Source: Promethearchaeota archaeon (GTDB taxonomy: Archaea > Asgardarchaeota > Lokiarchaeia > Sigyniarchaeales > SOKP01). From it: 64,000 nucleotides of DNA. The stretch covers positions 8,617 to 72,616 of the forward strand of contig JBHLNZ010000002.1 of assembly GCA_048941015.1 (NCBI GenBank), read 5' to 3'. A model generated the notes under the pieces. The model did not search any database and had not been told where the DNA came from. It saw nothing but the letters and a program-made list of their open reading frames with translations. Position numbers and translations under genes: made by a program. Within the stretch, counting starts at the first letter, position 1; every line of letters starts with the position of its first letter. This document shows positions 29,262 through 39,582 of the stretch, piece after piece.

Positions 29262-29840
29262 TTGCCAATGACCTTAGGACAGAAAATAATAAAGGAATTA
29301 AAAATAAAAGCGCTTACTATTTCTCAAATAAGTGAGATCTTAAAAAAAGACGAGGCGACCATAAGAACTACAATTAATCGATTAAAAGAGAAAAGATTAG
29401 TTGCAGAAACAGGGGATTTTTTAGATAGATATAAAATTTATAAAATTGCTGATAAGTCGATGAATGCTATTTTTGCTTTAAAATTACTGATGAATATCAA
29501 AGGTGTAAAAGCAGTGAATCTCGTAACTACTGAAGGTATACCTATTGATAGTATTCTTCCAAAAACCGTGGATCCTAAAGATGAAATGAAGTATGCTTCT
29601 ATGACTTCCGCTTTTGTATCTCTTGGAGAAAGGGCTTGTAAAGAGACCAAAAAAGGAGATTTGAATCTAGTGTTAATTGATGGAAAGGATGGTAAGCTTC
29701 TTGTTGTAGGATGTGGTCCAGAATTTGTCATATCACTTTCATTAGATGACACAATTAGCAATAATCAATTATTTTCCGAATATTTTAAAACAATTGACAT
29801 AGTCAGATCTACACTTATTAATTTACAAGAAGAAGAATAA
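29262..29840 (+). CDS. winged-HTH + roadblock/LC7 domain fusion protein
   Basis: N-terminal MarR-like wHTH (LTISQISEILKKDEATIRTTINRLKEKRLV). C-terminal roadblock pattern (IKGVKAVNLVTTEGIPIDS...LNLVLIDGKDGKLLVV). ATG at 29268 is a likely alternative start. Confidence 0.6.
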   Translation: MPMTLGQKIIKELKIKALTISQISEILKKDEATIRTTINRLKEKRLVAETGDFLDRYKIYKIADKSMNAIFALKLLMNIKGVKAVNLVTTEGIPIDSILPKTVDPKDEMKYASMTSAFVSLGERACKETKKGDLNLVLIDGKDGKLLVVGCGPEFVISLSLDDTISNNQLFSEYFKTIDIVRSTLINLQEEE

Positions 29841-29846
29841 AAGTAT

Positions 29847-30701
29847 TTAATCTAATGGAACTTTTTTACCTGTAAAATCTCTTTTATATTTACCAAAATC
29901 GTCCAATTGTCTTAAAATTTTCGAATCAAACACTGGTCCTTCCTTACATACTAACAATCCTAAAGGATCGACTGCACATAATCCACATAGACCACATCCA
30001 CATCTCATAACTCTTTCAAGACTTACTTGAACATTGATATGATATTTTTCACAAATTTGAAAGATTTCATAAACCATTTTTTCAGGACCACATGTAAATA
30101 TATTACAATTAGAAAGATTTGATCTGGGTTGTTCTTTAAGTATTTTGTCAAAATATTGAGACGCATATCCTTTATATCCTAAACTTCCATCATCTGTGCA
30201 GTAAAATAATTCTGAATTTCTTTTTTCAAGCATTTTAAAATCTTTTAAATATATTAACTCACTATTGACTTTTGCTCCTTCAATTATTTTTATTTCATGT
30301 TTATGTTTCATTAGTTCAAAAGCAAGAAATTTGAGGGGGGCAATTCCTATACCCCCTCCAACTAAAATTGAAATTTTTGAATTATCATAGGGAAATTTAA
30401 AGAAATTTCCTAAAGGACCTCTTATTCCAAAATAATCTCCTTTCTTTAATTCAGAAAGAGCATTTGAACATTCTCCTATGCTTTTAACTGTGATAAACCA
30501 ATCACCATAATCATTGCATCCTGATATAGACATTGGTATTTCATCTATACCGGGAACCCAAACCATAACAAATTGCCCAGGTTTTGGCATAATATAATTA
30601 GCTCGATCTAAATCTTTCATATTGAAAACGATAGTTTTGATCCCTTCACATTCTTCAAAGATTTCTTTAATTCTAGTAGTTTTAATGATATTATTACTCA
30701 A
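29847..30701 (-). CDS. pyrK: dihydroorotate dehydrogenase electron-transfer subunit
   Basis: FAD/NAD-binding fold (VGGGIGIAPL) and C-terminal 2Fe-2S Cys cluster CGCGLCGLC...C. Overlaps the pyrD stop. Confidence 0.85.
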   Translation of the reverse strand: MSNNIIKTTRIKEIFEECEGIKTIVFNMKDLDRANYIMPKPGQFVMVWVPGIDEIPMSISGCNDYGDWFITVKSIGECSNALSELKKGDYFGIRGPLGNFFKFPYDNSKISILVGGGIGIAPLKFLAFELMKHKHEIKIIEGAKVNSELIYLKDFKMLEKRNSELFYCTDDGSLGYKGYASQYFDKILKEQPRSNLSNCNIFTCGPEKMVYEIFQICEKYHINVQVSLERVMRCGCGLCGLCAVDPLGLLVCKEGPVFDSKILRQLDDFGKYKRDFTGKKVPLD

Positions 30702-31620
30702 ATTCAGGATCCTCTTGAACTCTATAATTATGAGCTAAACCTTTTATATCAGAAATAGAATTGTAGTTATTACTTTTTAAGTAATCAATTAAGTTTTGGT
30801 TTATTTCATCAATAATATGATCCCCTTGATAGAGTGCCGTTCCAATTTGGACAGCTGAAGCTCCAGCAAGAAAAAATTCAATAACATCATTAGCTGTGAA
30901 AATTCCTCCACAGCCTACAATTGGAATCTTTAAAATTTTATAAAGATCAAAGACTTTCTTAATCGCAACTGGATGAATCGATTTACCTGAAAGCCCTCCA
31001 CTACCATGTGATAAAACAGGTCGTTTAGTGTTTATATCTATAATCATTGCAGATAAGGTATTTATAGCTACAACAGCATCAGCACCAGCCTTTTCAGCAG
31101 CTAATGCTATTTCAGTGATATTAGTAACATTTGGATTTAATTTTACAAATAATGGGATCGAAAGAACTTTCTTTAATTCAGAAACCAGGATAAAGGTTAA
31201 ATCCTTATCGATTCCGATTGATGATACCTTAGAATGAGGGCAAGAAATATTAATTTCAATGGCATCAGCTCCAGCTACCATTGCTTTTCTAGCAACATTA
31301 ATATAAGTCTCATTATTCTCGCCAAATATACTTACTATCAAAGGAAATTTATACTTTTTCATTTCTTTAATTTCATTAACAAAGTAATCGATTCCTGGAT
31401 TACCAAGACCTACACTGTTTAAAAACGTATCAGGATAAACTTCAATAATAGAGGGATTTTTATATCCCTTTCGAGGTTTAGGACCGATAGATTTAGTTGT
31501 TATAGCTCCTATTCCTACATCAACTAATCTTTTCATTGTAGAAAAAGAAACCCCTAAAATACCTGATGCTAAAACAAGAGGGGATTTTAACTTTAATCCA
31601 GAAATATTTACTTCAAGCAT
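30694..31620 (-). CDS. pyrD: dihydroorotate dehydrogenase catalytic subunit (class 1B)
   Basis: SPLVLASG, NLSCPH-like INISCPHS, and GGLSG...GCGGI motifs. Confidence 0.9.
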   Translation of the reverse strand: MLEVNISGLKLKSPLVLASGILGVSFSTMKRLVDVGIGAITTKSIGPKPRKGYKNPSIIEVYPDTFLNSVGLGNPGIDYFVNEIKEMKKYKFPLIVSIFGENNETYINVARKAMVAGADAIEINISCPHSKVSSIGIDKDLTFILVSELKKVLSIPLFVKLNPNVTNITEIALAAEKAGADAVVAINTLSAMIIDINTKRPVLSHGSGGLSGKSIHPVAIKKVFDLYKILKIPIVGCGGIFTANDVIEFFLAGASAVQIGTALYQGDHIIDEINQNLIDYLKSNNYNSISDIKGLAHNYRVQEDPEFE

Positions 31621-31689
31621 TACTATTATAATTTAAAGCATTATTATTATTATTATTTAAGAATTTATATCCTAGATAAAAAAAGAAAA

Positions 31690-32904
31690 ATGAAGTGCTT
31701 TATAATAGAAACATTAATTGGAATTTTTGCTGTTGATGAACTTGGAAATATAATTAACTTTATTGACTTTAATGACGATTTTCAAAGAATTATAGTATTT
31801 TATACTTTATTAGATTCCAAATCCTTGCAAAAAGAATATGAAGTTTTTTTAAAAGAACTAAATACTTCTGGGTTTAATGAATTCTTTTTTGATAACAAGC
31901 AGTTAGAAGAAATTACATCCTTTAAATTAAAATATAAAACGTTTTATGTTAAAAAAGCATTGGAATTTAGAGATTTCCGTTTTAATTTACAAGAGAAAAT
32001 AAACAGTATAGGTTTAAGTAAAACAGAAGAAGAGTTATTAGCTACTTACAAAAAAGTTGAACAAGAATTCATTAGGAAGAAAGTGAAAGAAGCTGGAGAA
32101 CAGGATGATATTATTGTTATTCAAACTATTGAAACTCTTGAGATCCTTAAAAAATCAATAAGTTTATTTATGAGTAGGTTAAGAGAATGGTATGGTTTAC
32201 ATTTTCCGGAACTGACTGATAAATTAGTTGAAGATAATATAATCTTAGCTGAAATGATTTTATCTTTGGGTAACAGAGAAAATTTTACTTTTAATAATAT
32301 TAAAAGAAATTTTGAGTTTACTGAAAAAAGAATTGAAAAAATTCAGAGTTTAGCCTCAAATTCAATGGGAGCTGATATTGATTTAAAAATTATTCAAGAA
32401 TATGCAAACCAAGTTTTATCATTAGATAAATATAGGAACGAACTAGAAAACTATTTAGATAATTTAATGGAAAAATTCGCACCAAATCTTACAACATTAG
32501 TTGGAAGTTTGATTAGCGCTAAATTGATATCAAAAGCAGGTAATTTAAAAAAACTTGCATATATGCCAGCTTCCCGCATCCAATTATTAGGAGCAGAAAA
32601 AGCATTATATAGGTTTCTAAAAACAGGTGAGAAACAACCAAAACATGGTTTAATCTTTCAATGGAACCTTATCAGAGGAAGTCGCCCATGGAATCGCGGT
32701 AAAATATCTCGTCTTATCTCTGGAAAAATAGGAATTGCCGCAAAAGTAGATTATTTTGGTGGAGATTTTATAGCTGATTCAATTTCGAAGGAAATTGAAG
32801 ATAAAATAAAAGAAATTGAAATTAAATATCCTAAACCTCCACTTGTTAAAAAGAAACCACAAAGAATGACTAAAAAGCAAAAAAAGAAGAAATCAAGAAG
32901 GTAA
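31690..32904 (+). CDS. nop5: C/D box sRNP protein Nop5 (Nop56/58)
   Basis: LREWYGLHFPEL, GAEKALYRFLKTG and a Lys-rich tail. Lies upstream of fibrillarin. Confidence 0.9.
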   Translation: MKCFIIETLIGIFAVDELGNIINFIDFNDDFQRIIVFYTLLDSKSLQKEYEVFLKELNTSGFNEFFFDNKQLEEITSFKLKYKTFYVKKALEFRDFRFNLQEKINSIGLSKTEEELLATYKKVEQEFIRKKVKEAGEQDDIIVIQTIETLEILKKSISLFMSRLREWYGLHFPELTDKLVEDNIILAEMILSLGNRENFTFNNIKRNFEFTEKRIEKIQSLASNSMGADIDLKIIQEYANQVLSLDKYRNELENYLDNLMEKFAPNLTTLVGSLISAKLISKAGNLKKLAYMPASRIQLLGAEKALYRFLKTGEKQPKHGLIFQWNLIRGSRPWNRGKISRLISGKIGIAAKVDYFGGDFIADSISKEIEDKIKEIEIKYPKPPLVKKKPQRMTKKQKKKKSRR

Positions 32905-32911
32905 GATCGTA

Positions 32912-33610
32912 ATGAATGAAGTAGAAATTAGAAATCATCCAAAGTATAGGAATGTTTTTATTTCTGGAAGTCAAGAAAAATTAAAATTATATACAAAAAA
33001 TTTAACTCCCGGAAAAAGAGTTTATGGGGAAAAATTAGTTTCCTTTAGAGGAGAAGAATATAGAGAATGGGATCCTTATCGAAGTAAATTATCTGCTTTA
33101 ATTTTAAAAAATCCTGAGTTTAATTTTTTTTCTAATAATCTAAAAACCTTGTATTTAGGTGCGTCATCAGGAACAACAATATCCCACCTATCAGATATCA
33201 CTCCTAAAGGAATTATTTATGGAATCGAATTTGCTGAACGTAGTATTCGACAATTGATTCAGAATACTCAAAATAGGAAAAATATCATCCCAATTTTGGC
33301 TGACGCCAATTATCCCAATCATTATGCTAAATCTATTTTTACATCAATAGATTTAATTTATCAGGATATTGCACAACCTAATCAAGCTGAAATTGCTTTA
33401 AAAAATTCTAAGTACTACCTAAAAAATGATGGTTTACTTATTCTCGCTATTAAATCTCAATCTATAGACAGCATTCAAAAATCAGATAAAGTATATATGA
33501 ATGAGAGAAAAGTTCTCGAAAGTGAAAGTTATAAAATTATTGAAAGTTATAATATTCACCAATATGCTGCTAATCATATGGTTCTTTTAGTCAAGAAGGG
33601 TTTTAGTTAA
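32912..33610 (+). CDS. flpA: fibrillarin-like rRNA/tRNA 2'-O-methyltransferase
   Basis: LYLGASSGTTISHLSDI SAM-binding motif; YREWDPYRSKL. Confidence 0.92.
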   Translation: MNEVEIRNHPKYRNVFISGSQEKLKLYTKNLTPGKRVYGEKLVSFRGEEYREWDPYRSKLSALILKNPEFNFFSNNLKTLYLGASSGTTISHLSDITPKGIIYGIEFAERSIRQLIQNTQNRKNIIPILADANYPNHYAKSIFTSIDLIYQDIAQPNQAEIALKNSKYYLKNDGLLILAIKSQSIDSIQKSDKVYMNERKVLESESYKIIESYNIHQYAANHMVLLVKKGFS

Positions 33611-34319
33611 AAAATTCGGTAATCTTCTTATTAGAAATTTCATCATTATAAATTCTTTTTGCTGTTTCCCAAGTTTTTCGCGTGAAAGGGGGAAGTTTTT
33701 TCTTACTTTTCACCCAATTTTGAATATATTTTACAGTTTTTTTATCGGATGGATATCCAGACCCAAAATCACCATATTGAAGTTTTAATTCCTCTATTAG
33801 TGAATCTCTTTTCTCTTTTGCAATAATTGAGGCAGCCGAAACAATTGGATAGATTTGATCTCCTTTATGTTTAGAGATGATCTTTTTTGGCTTATAGTTT
33901 AATAAATTTTTAATAGAGATTCCATATCTTTTTTCATTTACATCGGCAGCATCAATATATATCTCATCAGGTTTTAAAAGATTAATAATTTCAGCCATCT
34001 TTGACTCTTCAAGTTTGTTGAGAGAAATTTTTCGTTCTTCTCTACTGTCAATCTCTTTAGCATTAACTATAATTATTTTATGAGAGTAACAATTATTTTT
34101 TATAATTTCAGCCATTTCTTTTCTTTTTCTAGGTGATAATTTTTTTGAATCTTTTACACCAATTTCTGATAATAAATTCAAATTAGTTTTAAAGTAACAC
34201 ACTCCACATAAAACCATAGGACCTAATACTGGGCCTCTTCCAGCCTCATCTATTCCACAGGTTAGAGTTAGATCATTTTTGAGAATCTTGGATAAGCTCA
34301 ATGAATTCTTCTTCATCAT
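33603..34319 (-). CDS. rnhB: ribonuclease HII
   Basis: GIDEAGRGPVLGPMV catalytic motif; DSKKLS; SAASIIAK. The start is uncertain because the ORF overlaps the upstream gene end. Confidence 0.88.
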   Translation of the reverse strand: MMKKNSLSLSKILKNDLTLTCGIDEAGRGPVLGPMVLCGVCYFKTNLNLLSEIGVKDSKKLSPRKRKEMAEIIKNNCYSHKIIIVNAKEIDSREERKISLNKLEESKMAEIINLLKPDEIYIDAADVNEKRYGISIKNLLNYKPKKIISKHKGDQIYPIVSAASIIAKEKRDSLIEELKLQYGDFGSGYPSDKKTVKYIQNWVKSKKKLPPFTRKTWETAKRIYNDEISNKKITEFFN

Positions 34320-35283
34320 CAATTTTTTCTAAATCTTTTACTTTTACAATAGGAATTGTTCGCTTTTTTAAAGTTTCAGATATTTTTACATTATTATTAA
34401 TTATAAATAGAGAGTTCTTATGAAAGATGTTAGTAAAAGTTCTTAAACATTTAAGATTTAGTTCATTTATCTTCTTTTCTTCTTCAGAAAGTCCTGAAAA
34501 GACTGGATAAAAATCGCGTTCTAATATGCTATTTGGTTTTTTTGAATATAATGATAGCTTAAAAGGTATTGGTCCCTTTTTGTACCAGTAAGCTGAAATA
34601 CCAATATCACTAATTATAGTTTGAATATGAGATTCAAACTCATTTAATTCGTCTTTAAGAGAAGTTTTTACTTGATCAAAATCAAATTGGATATTCCATT
34701 CAAAAATGTTAATCTTCTTAAATATCTCACTATTTTGTAAGATTTCGCATATTTTATTAGCTACGGTCTCTGATGGTCTCATATTTTCCGTTTCATATGC
34801 ACATACTGTTCTTTTAGTGACTCCTAACTTATCTGATAAGTCTTTTCTACTTACTGATAATTTTTCTCTCAATGTCTTCATAAGATCTCCATCAAGAAAT
34901 ATTACCCCACCACCCCGTTTTGCTAGGATATAGGGATATTTATTTTGGTTAAAAATATTTTCTAATGTATCTAATGAGATAAATGGTAAATTTTCTCTTA
35001 TATAAATTGTATTTTCTTCTAATCTATTGTATCTATTCCTAATTCCTATTAGAATTGGTTTTGATTTCAATAGTAAGGATAAAGATTTTAGATCTCTTAT
35101 TACATCAGGGTTAAGATTATCAATATTGGGAAAAACCTTTACACTAAAAAACAGATCATTTTTTTTTACTAAAAGATCAAAACAAAATTTATTTTTTTCA
35201 TTAGCAAAATTTTCTAAAGCTAATGTTTCAAAATCAGCTTTTTTTAATATTTGATTGATTTTTTGGAGAATTTGCTCAGTCAT
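34273..35283 (-). CDS. archaeal transcriptional regulator with central XRE-type HTH
   Basis: LREKLSVSRKDLSDKLGVTKRTVCAYETENMRPS is a classic HTH_3 segment embedded in a protein of about 330 aa. Confidence 0.65.
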   Translation of the reverse strand: MTEQILQKINQILKKADFETLALENFANEKNKFCFDLLVKKNDLFFSVKVFPNIDNLNPDVIRDLKSLSLLLKSKPILIGIRNRYNRLEENTIYIRENLPFISLDTLENIFNQNKYPYILAKRGGGVIFLDGDLMKTLREKLSVSRKDLSDKLGVTKRTVCAYETENMRPSETVANKICEILQNSEIFKKINIFEWNIQFDFDQVKTSLKDELNEFESHIQTIISDIGISAYWYKKGPIPFKLSLYSKKPNSILERDFYPVFSGLSEEEKKINELNLKCLRTFTNIFHKNSLFIINNNVKISETLKKRTIPIVKVKDLEKIDDEEEFIELIQDSQK

Positions 35284-35410
35284 TAATTTCCATATTGTAA
35301 ATGTTTAATATTATAAAAAAACTTTTTTGTTAATTCAAATATCTAAATTAGACTATTTAATTTAATTCAAAAATTATATTTAGTTAATGATTTTTATCCT
35401 ACAATTTTTA

Positions 35411-35974
35411 TTATCTACTAGAAAGCTTTAGGAAATCAGAATCGGTGATAATACCAATATACTTATCAAATTCTTTAACCAAAACTGCTGGATAATTTAG
35501 TAATAGGTTAGATATATCTTTCACGTTCCAACTTTTTTCAACTTCTGGAAATGGTAATTCTTTTATTTGCATTACTTCGACATTTATTATATCTGGATTA
35601 TCTGTTATTAGTTTCTGAATTTTTTTTGAAGTAACGCTTCCTAAATTTTGGTTATCTATGATAGGTAACTGAGAAATACTATATTCACTCATAATATTAA
35701 TTGCTTCTTTCACTTTTGAGCTTGGTTTTATTGATCTAATAATCTTAGTCATTAAATCTGCAGCTGTAACTTCTGGTTTTTTCCTTATCATACTTTCATT
35801 TTCTAAATACTCAAAGATTAACTTAAATTTAGAATAGGGTGGATCCATTGTCCCATTCTCAATTCTTGATATTGTTGATTGAGGTAATCCTAACTTATTA
35901 CCTAATTCTTTTTGACTAATATTTAGACTTTTCCTCAAAGATTTTATTTCTGATAGATCAGGTAAAATATTCAT
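35411..35974 (-). CDS. XRE-type HTH + CBS-domain transcriptional regulator
   Basis: N-terminal LNISQKELGNKLGLPQSTISRIENG. C-terminal CBS pair (ISQLPIID..., VLVKEFDKYIGIITDSDFL). Confidence 0.75.
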   Translation of the reverse strand: MNILPDLSEIKSLRKSLNISQKELGNKLGLPQSTISRIENGTMDPPYSKFKLIFEYLENESMIRKKPEVTAADLMTKIIRSIKPSSKVKEAINIMSEYSISQLPIIDNQNLGSVTSKKIQKLITDNPDIINVEVMQIKELPFPEVEKSWNVKDISNLLLNYPAVLVKEFDKYIGIITDSDFLKLSSR

Positions 35975-36119
35975 CTTATACGTAAAGTTTATTTATCATT
36001 TTTTTAGCGCATATTCAATGCTTTTCCAGCATAAAATTTTTAATAATTATTTTAATTAATCATTAATTTAAAAACATACTTAAAATAACTTTTTATTTAA
36101 ACAAGTAGTTGGTTTAGCG

Positions 36120-37367
36120 ATGTTAAAAATTAATCAATGGGATCTAAAATTTGCTGTGGAACACTCGGATTTCCCTGAAATTGTTGAACGAAAAGGAATA
36201 GGGCATCCTGACAGTGTATGTGACGCAGTTGCGGATGCTTGTTCGAGAGCTTTATGTGTATATTATTTAGAGCATTATGGAAGAGTATATCACCATAATG
36301 TTGATAAAGCAGCGTTAGTTGGGGGAACTGCCAAACCAGAATTCGGCGGTGGTATGATTATTCAGCCACAATATTTTCTAATTGTTGGACGGGCAATAAA
36401 TCAGATTTTAGTAGAATGTGGCGAAGGAAAAAGTAAATTGGAGTACATACCAATTCCAACAATTTGTATTGATACACAGAGAAAGGTACTGTCTAGTATT
36501 TTTAGAAATCTTGACCTTGAAAAGGATATTCAATTTGATTATGCTGTCAGGCCAGGCTCGATAGATTTAACTGGAGTTTTTGATGAATCTCATCATTCAG
36601 AAGAAGTTCCTTTAGCAAACGATACTAGTTTTGGTGTAGGTTATGCACCCTATTCAGATGCAGAGAAGATTACACTTGAGGCTGAAAGACTTATAAATTC
36701 ACCCGCTTTTAAAGATAAGTGTAAAGGTTCAGGCGAAGATGTAAAAGTTATGACGGAAAGAGTAGGGAATAAAGTTGGAATCACAGTTGCCGCTGCTATG
36801 GTAAGTAGATACATTAATGATATTGATGAATATGTTAGTTATACGAATCAGATTAAAGATGCAGTGCTTGATTTGGCGACGAGAATTATACCTGAAAGAG
36901 AAGTCACAGTTCAAGTAAATGTTGCCGATATATTAGAAAAAAATTTAATTTATTTGACTATTACAGGAACTTCCGCAGAAGCTGGAGATGATGGAGAAGT
37001 AGGGCGTGGAAATCGATCGAATGGATTAATTACTCCCTGCAGAACCATGAGTTTAGAAGCAGTATGTGGTAAAAATCCTATTAATCATGTAGGAAAAATT
37101 TATAATGTGCTCGCCCATAATATGGCAAAAGAAATAGTAAATAGAGGGAGTGGTGATATTATTGAGGCACATGTTAAACTCCTGTCTCAAATTGGTCGAC
37201 CAATAAATGATCCCTGGATCAATTCTATAAGTTTAATTGGAGCTCAAAATGTAAATTTTTCTAGCATCGAGAAAATTGCCAAGGAAGTTTCTGATGAATT
37301 CTTAGACAAGGATCACTTAATTCAATTGAGAAAAGATCTTATCGCAGGTAAAGAACAAGTATTTTAG
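36120..37367 (+). CDS. mat: archaeal-type S-adenosylmethionine synthetase
   Basis: [17 protein letters not shown] and [18 protein letters not shown] motifs are characteristic of archaeal MAT. Confidence 0.9.
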   Translation: MLKINQWDLKFAVEHSDFPEIVERKGIGHPDSVCDAVADACSRALCVYYLEHYGRVYHHNVDKAALVGGTAKPEFGGGMIIQPQYFLIVGRAINQILVECGEGKSKLEYIPIPTICIDTQRKVLSSIFRNLDLEKDIQFDYAVRPGSIDLTGVFDESHHSEEVPLANDTSFGVGYAPYSDAEKITLEAERLINSPAFKDKCKGSGEDVKVMTERVGNKVGITVAAAMVSRYINDIDEYVSYTNQIKDAVLDLATRIIPEREVTVQVNVADILEKNLIYLTITGTSAEAGDDGEVGRGNRSNGLITPCRTMSLEAVCGKNPINHVGKIYNVLAHNMAKEIVNRGSGDIIEAHVKLLSQIGRPINDPWINSISLIGAQNVNFSSIEKIAKEVSDEFLDKDHLIQLRKDLIAGKEQVF

Positions 37368-37543
37368 TAAAATATCGTTAATAAAATTCTTTTTTCTATC
37401 TTTTTTTTATTATATAAATTTATTATTATTCTATGATATAAATTAATAATACAACATTAACAAAATTAAGTATCTAATTAAAGAAATTAAAATACAATGT
37501 CTTTAATTTCATAATTTCAGTTTTTAATCAACGTGGTATAATT

Positions 37544-37780
37544 TTGGGCTTGGATAAGTGGATAAAAACAGATAGAGAAGAAAAAAAATCTGATAAAAAA
37601 CCTAAAAGTCAAAAGATTAAACAAGCTAATCAAGTTAAACAATCAGAGAGTCCGTTAAAGCTATCAAAGTACATCTTATTATGTACCAAATGTAAATATC
37701 AAAAGATACTTATGAAAAAAGATTTAGAAGAAAATGATAGAATCTGCCCAAAATGTAAAAATAAGATGAAAATTAAATAA
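37544..37780 (+). CDS. small Lys-rich zinc-ribbon protein
   Basis: 78 aa; CTKC...CPKC knuckles; TTG start. Confidence 0.45.
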   Translation: MGLDKWIKTDREEKKSDKKPKSQKIKQANQVKQSESPLKLSKYILLCTKCKYQKILMKKDLEENDRICPKCKNKMKIK

Positions 37781-37783
37781 AAT

Positions 37784-38026
37784 TTAAATGTTTTTATCTA
37801 TATCTGAAGGATTTAATTCAGGTAGGTTATTTAAATCAAATTTAGTTTCACAATTAGGACATCTATCTTTCTTTTTGCTATATTTAAGTATGAGATAAAG
37901 AAAAAAACCTAACCCGCATGTTAAAAGAACACTAAAACATAATATTTCGTGGTATATATGTTCAAAATTCTTTCTTCTTAACTCCACAACATGTTCGCAG
38001 GTTGGACAATAAACTTTATGACCCAT
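37784..38026 (-). CDS. split zinc-ribbon membrane protein, LITAF/SIMPLE-like architecture
   Basis: CPTC, then 17 aa, then a hydrophobic stretch of about 22 aa (ILCFSVLLTCGLGFFLYLILKY), then SKKKDR and CPNC. Confidence 0.5.
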   Translation of the reverse strand: MGHKVYCPTCEHVVELRRKNFEHIYHEILCFSVLLTCGLGFFLYLILKYSKKKDRCPNCETKFDLNNLPELNPSDIDKNI

Positions 38027-38424
38027 AATTTAATAAAATTATTCTTTAAATTAATTATCAATTGATTTTATTGTATCATTATCAAGTAAATTTATTTAAT
38101 AAAGCAATTATTATTTTTGTAATTTATTTTCAATAAATTTTAATTTTTTCTTATTATTTTAAACGGTAATTATTCTTCTTTCTTTTTTTTTGAAAGATCC
38201 GTTAATATATTCCAAGTACTGCTAACACCTAATTCTTTTAACTTTTTTCTTTCAGTTTCTATATCTTCATTTTTTTCTTCTTTTTCTTCTCTCAATATCA
38301 TCATCTATAATAAGATTATAATAATTAATATCTTGCAAAATAATAAAAGTATAAACTAAATATTATTAATCTTTACTTTTATATCACTTATAAGATCATT
38401 TTATTTAGTGTATATTTCATTCAT

Positions 38425-39432
38425 ATGGAGGATTATAATTTGCCAATATGTTATCATTGCGGGAGAGAGATCTCCGATTTTATTGTCTGTGCTGAGTGTG
38501 GCCAAACTTATTGTTCTATTCATAGTGATCCTGTCGATCATGAATGCAAAATAGTAAAAGAAACTCTTCAACCACAGATAATTTCACCAAATAGACCATT
38601 ATATCAAGAACCTAATATCACTCAATATCAGCACCAATATCCACAATCATACCAAACAAGTTCAGTTGAACGTGGTACAACTGATGGAACGTATACATGG
38701 TATCGTCAAGAACATCAAGTTCCTCCTAATGCTTTTGATCCTGAGTCTGGAATTGAGTTTAAAGGCATACTATTATCTCATAAATCAGAATTATTTCATT
38801 TTTTGATAGGGTGTAGCTTAATTTTCATAATAGGCTTGTTAAATTTCTATGATCCCCAGTTATTTACCCTAGGTTATGGATGGTCTTTATTTATGCTCGC
38901 AGGTTTTTATATGACTGCTTTTCTTTTCCATGAATTAGGGCATCGTCAAACTGCTTTACATTTCGGATTGCAGACAAAATTTAGGCTTCTTACTTTTGGA
39001 ATGTTGATAACCGTTATCGGCTTAATTTCTGGATTAATGAGATTTTTTACTGGTTCTACACTTTTGCCTTCTTTAGCATTACCAGGAGCGGTTGTTGTTC
39101 TTGGTTTGGATAAAATAGATAGAAAAACTGGATTATGCAAAACAGCTGGCCCTTTAGTGAATCTTATATTCGGTACCGGATTGTTTATTATTTCTTTTGT
39201 TATTCCAAAAGCATTGTATCCACTAAATTATTTCTTTGGATTAGCAGCTTATTTAAATTATATGCTGGGCACCTTTAACATGATCCCCATAGGAATTTTA
39301 GATGGACAAAATATATGGAAATGGAATAAAAAAGTCTATATTGCATTAATGCTTTCATTAGCTACTCTGGTTGTTACAACAGGGATAATTATATATACTC
39401 CTTTAGGAATAGATTTTTATTTTCCATTATAA
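38425..39432 (+). CDS. AN1 zinc finger fused to M50/site-2-protease-like intramembrane metalloprotease
   Basis: Exact AN1 spacing C-x2-C-x9-C-x2-C-x4-C-x2-H-x5-H-x-C. HELGH lies in a TM segment. FNMIPIGILDG is the NxxPxxxxDG motif. Confidence 0.7.
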   Translation: MEDYNLPICYHCGREISDFIVCAECGQTYCSIHSDPVDHECKIVKETLQPQIISPNRPLYQEPNITQYQHQYPQSYQTSSVERGTTDGTYTWYRQEHQVPPNAFDPESGIEFKGILLSHKSELFHFLIGCSLIFIIGLLNFYDPQLFTLGYGWSLFMLAGFYMTAFLFHELGHRQTALHFGLQTKFRLLTFGMLITVIGLISGLMRFFTGSTLLPSLALPGAVVVLGLDKIDRKTGLCKTAGPLVNLIFGTGLFIISFVIPKALYPLNYFFGLAAYLNYMLGTFNMIPIGILDGQNIWKWNKKVYIALMLSLATLVVTTGIIIYTPLGIDFYFPL

Positions 39433-39582
39433 TATAATAATAAAATTATTTATTTTCTTATAATTAATAAAAGTTAACAAGATTTATACCTTAAAATATA
39501 TAGATTAAAAAATTTAGTTGCATGTATTTAATGTATCATCAATATCTTATCTTAAGTATAAAATCCACGTTATAGAAAGATT

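Noticed and set aside
38170-38304. 44-codon minus-strand ORF (MMILREEKEEKNEDIETERKKLKELGVSSTWNILTDLSKKKKEE) in the 400-bp spacer before the AN1-S2P gene.
   Set aside because: It has no Shine-Dalgarno or recognisable motif. Lys/Glu-rich short ORFs arise easily in A-rich spacers. It is worth checking only if Ribo-seq data exist.
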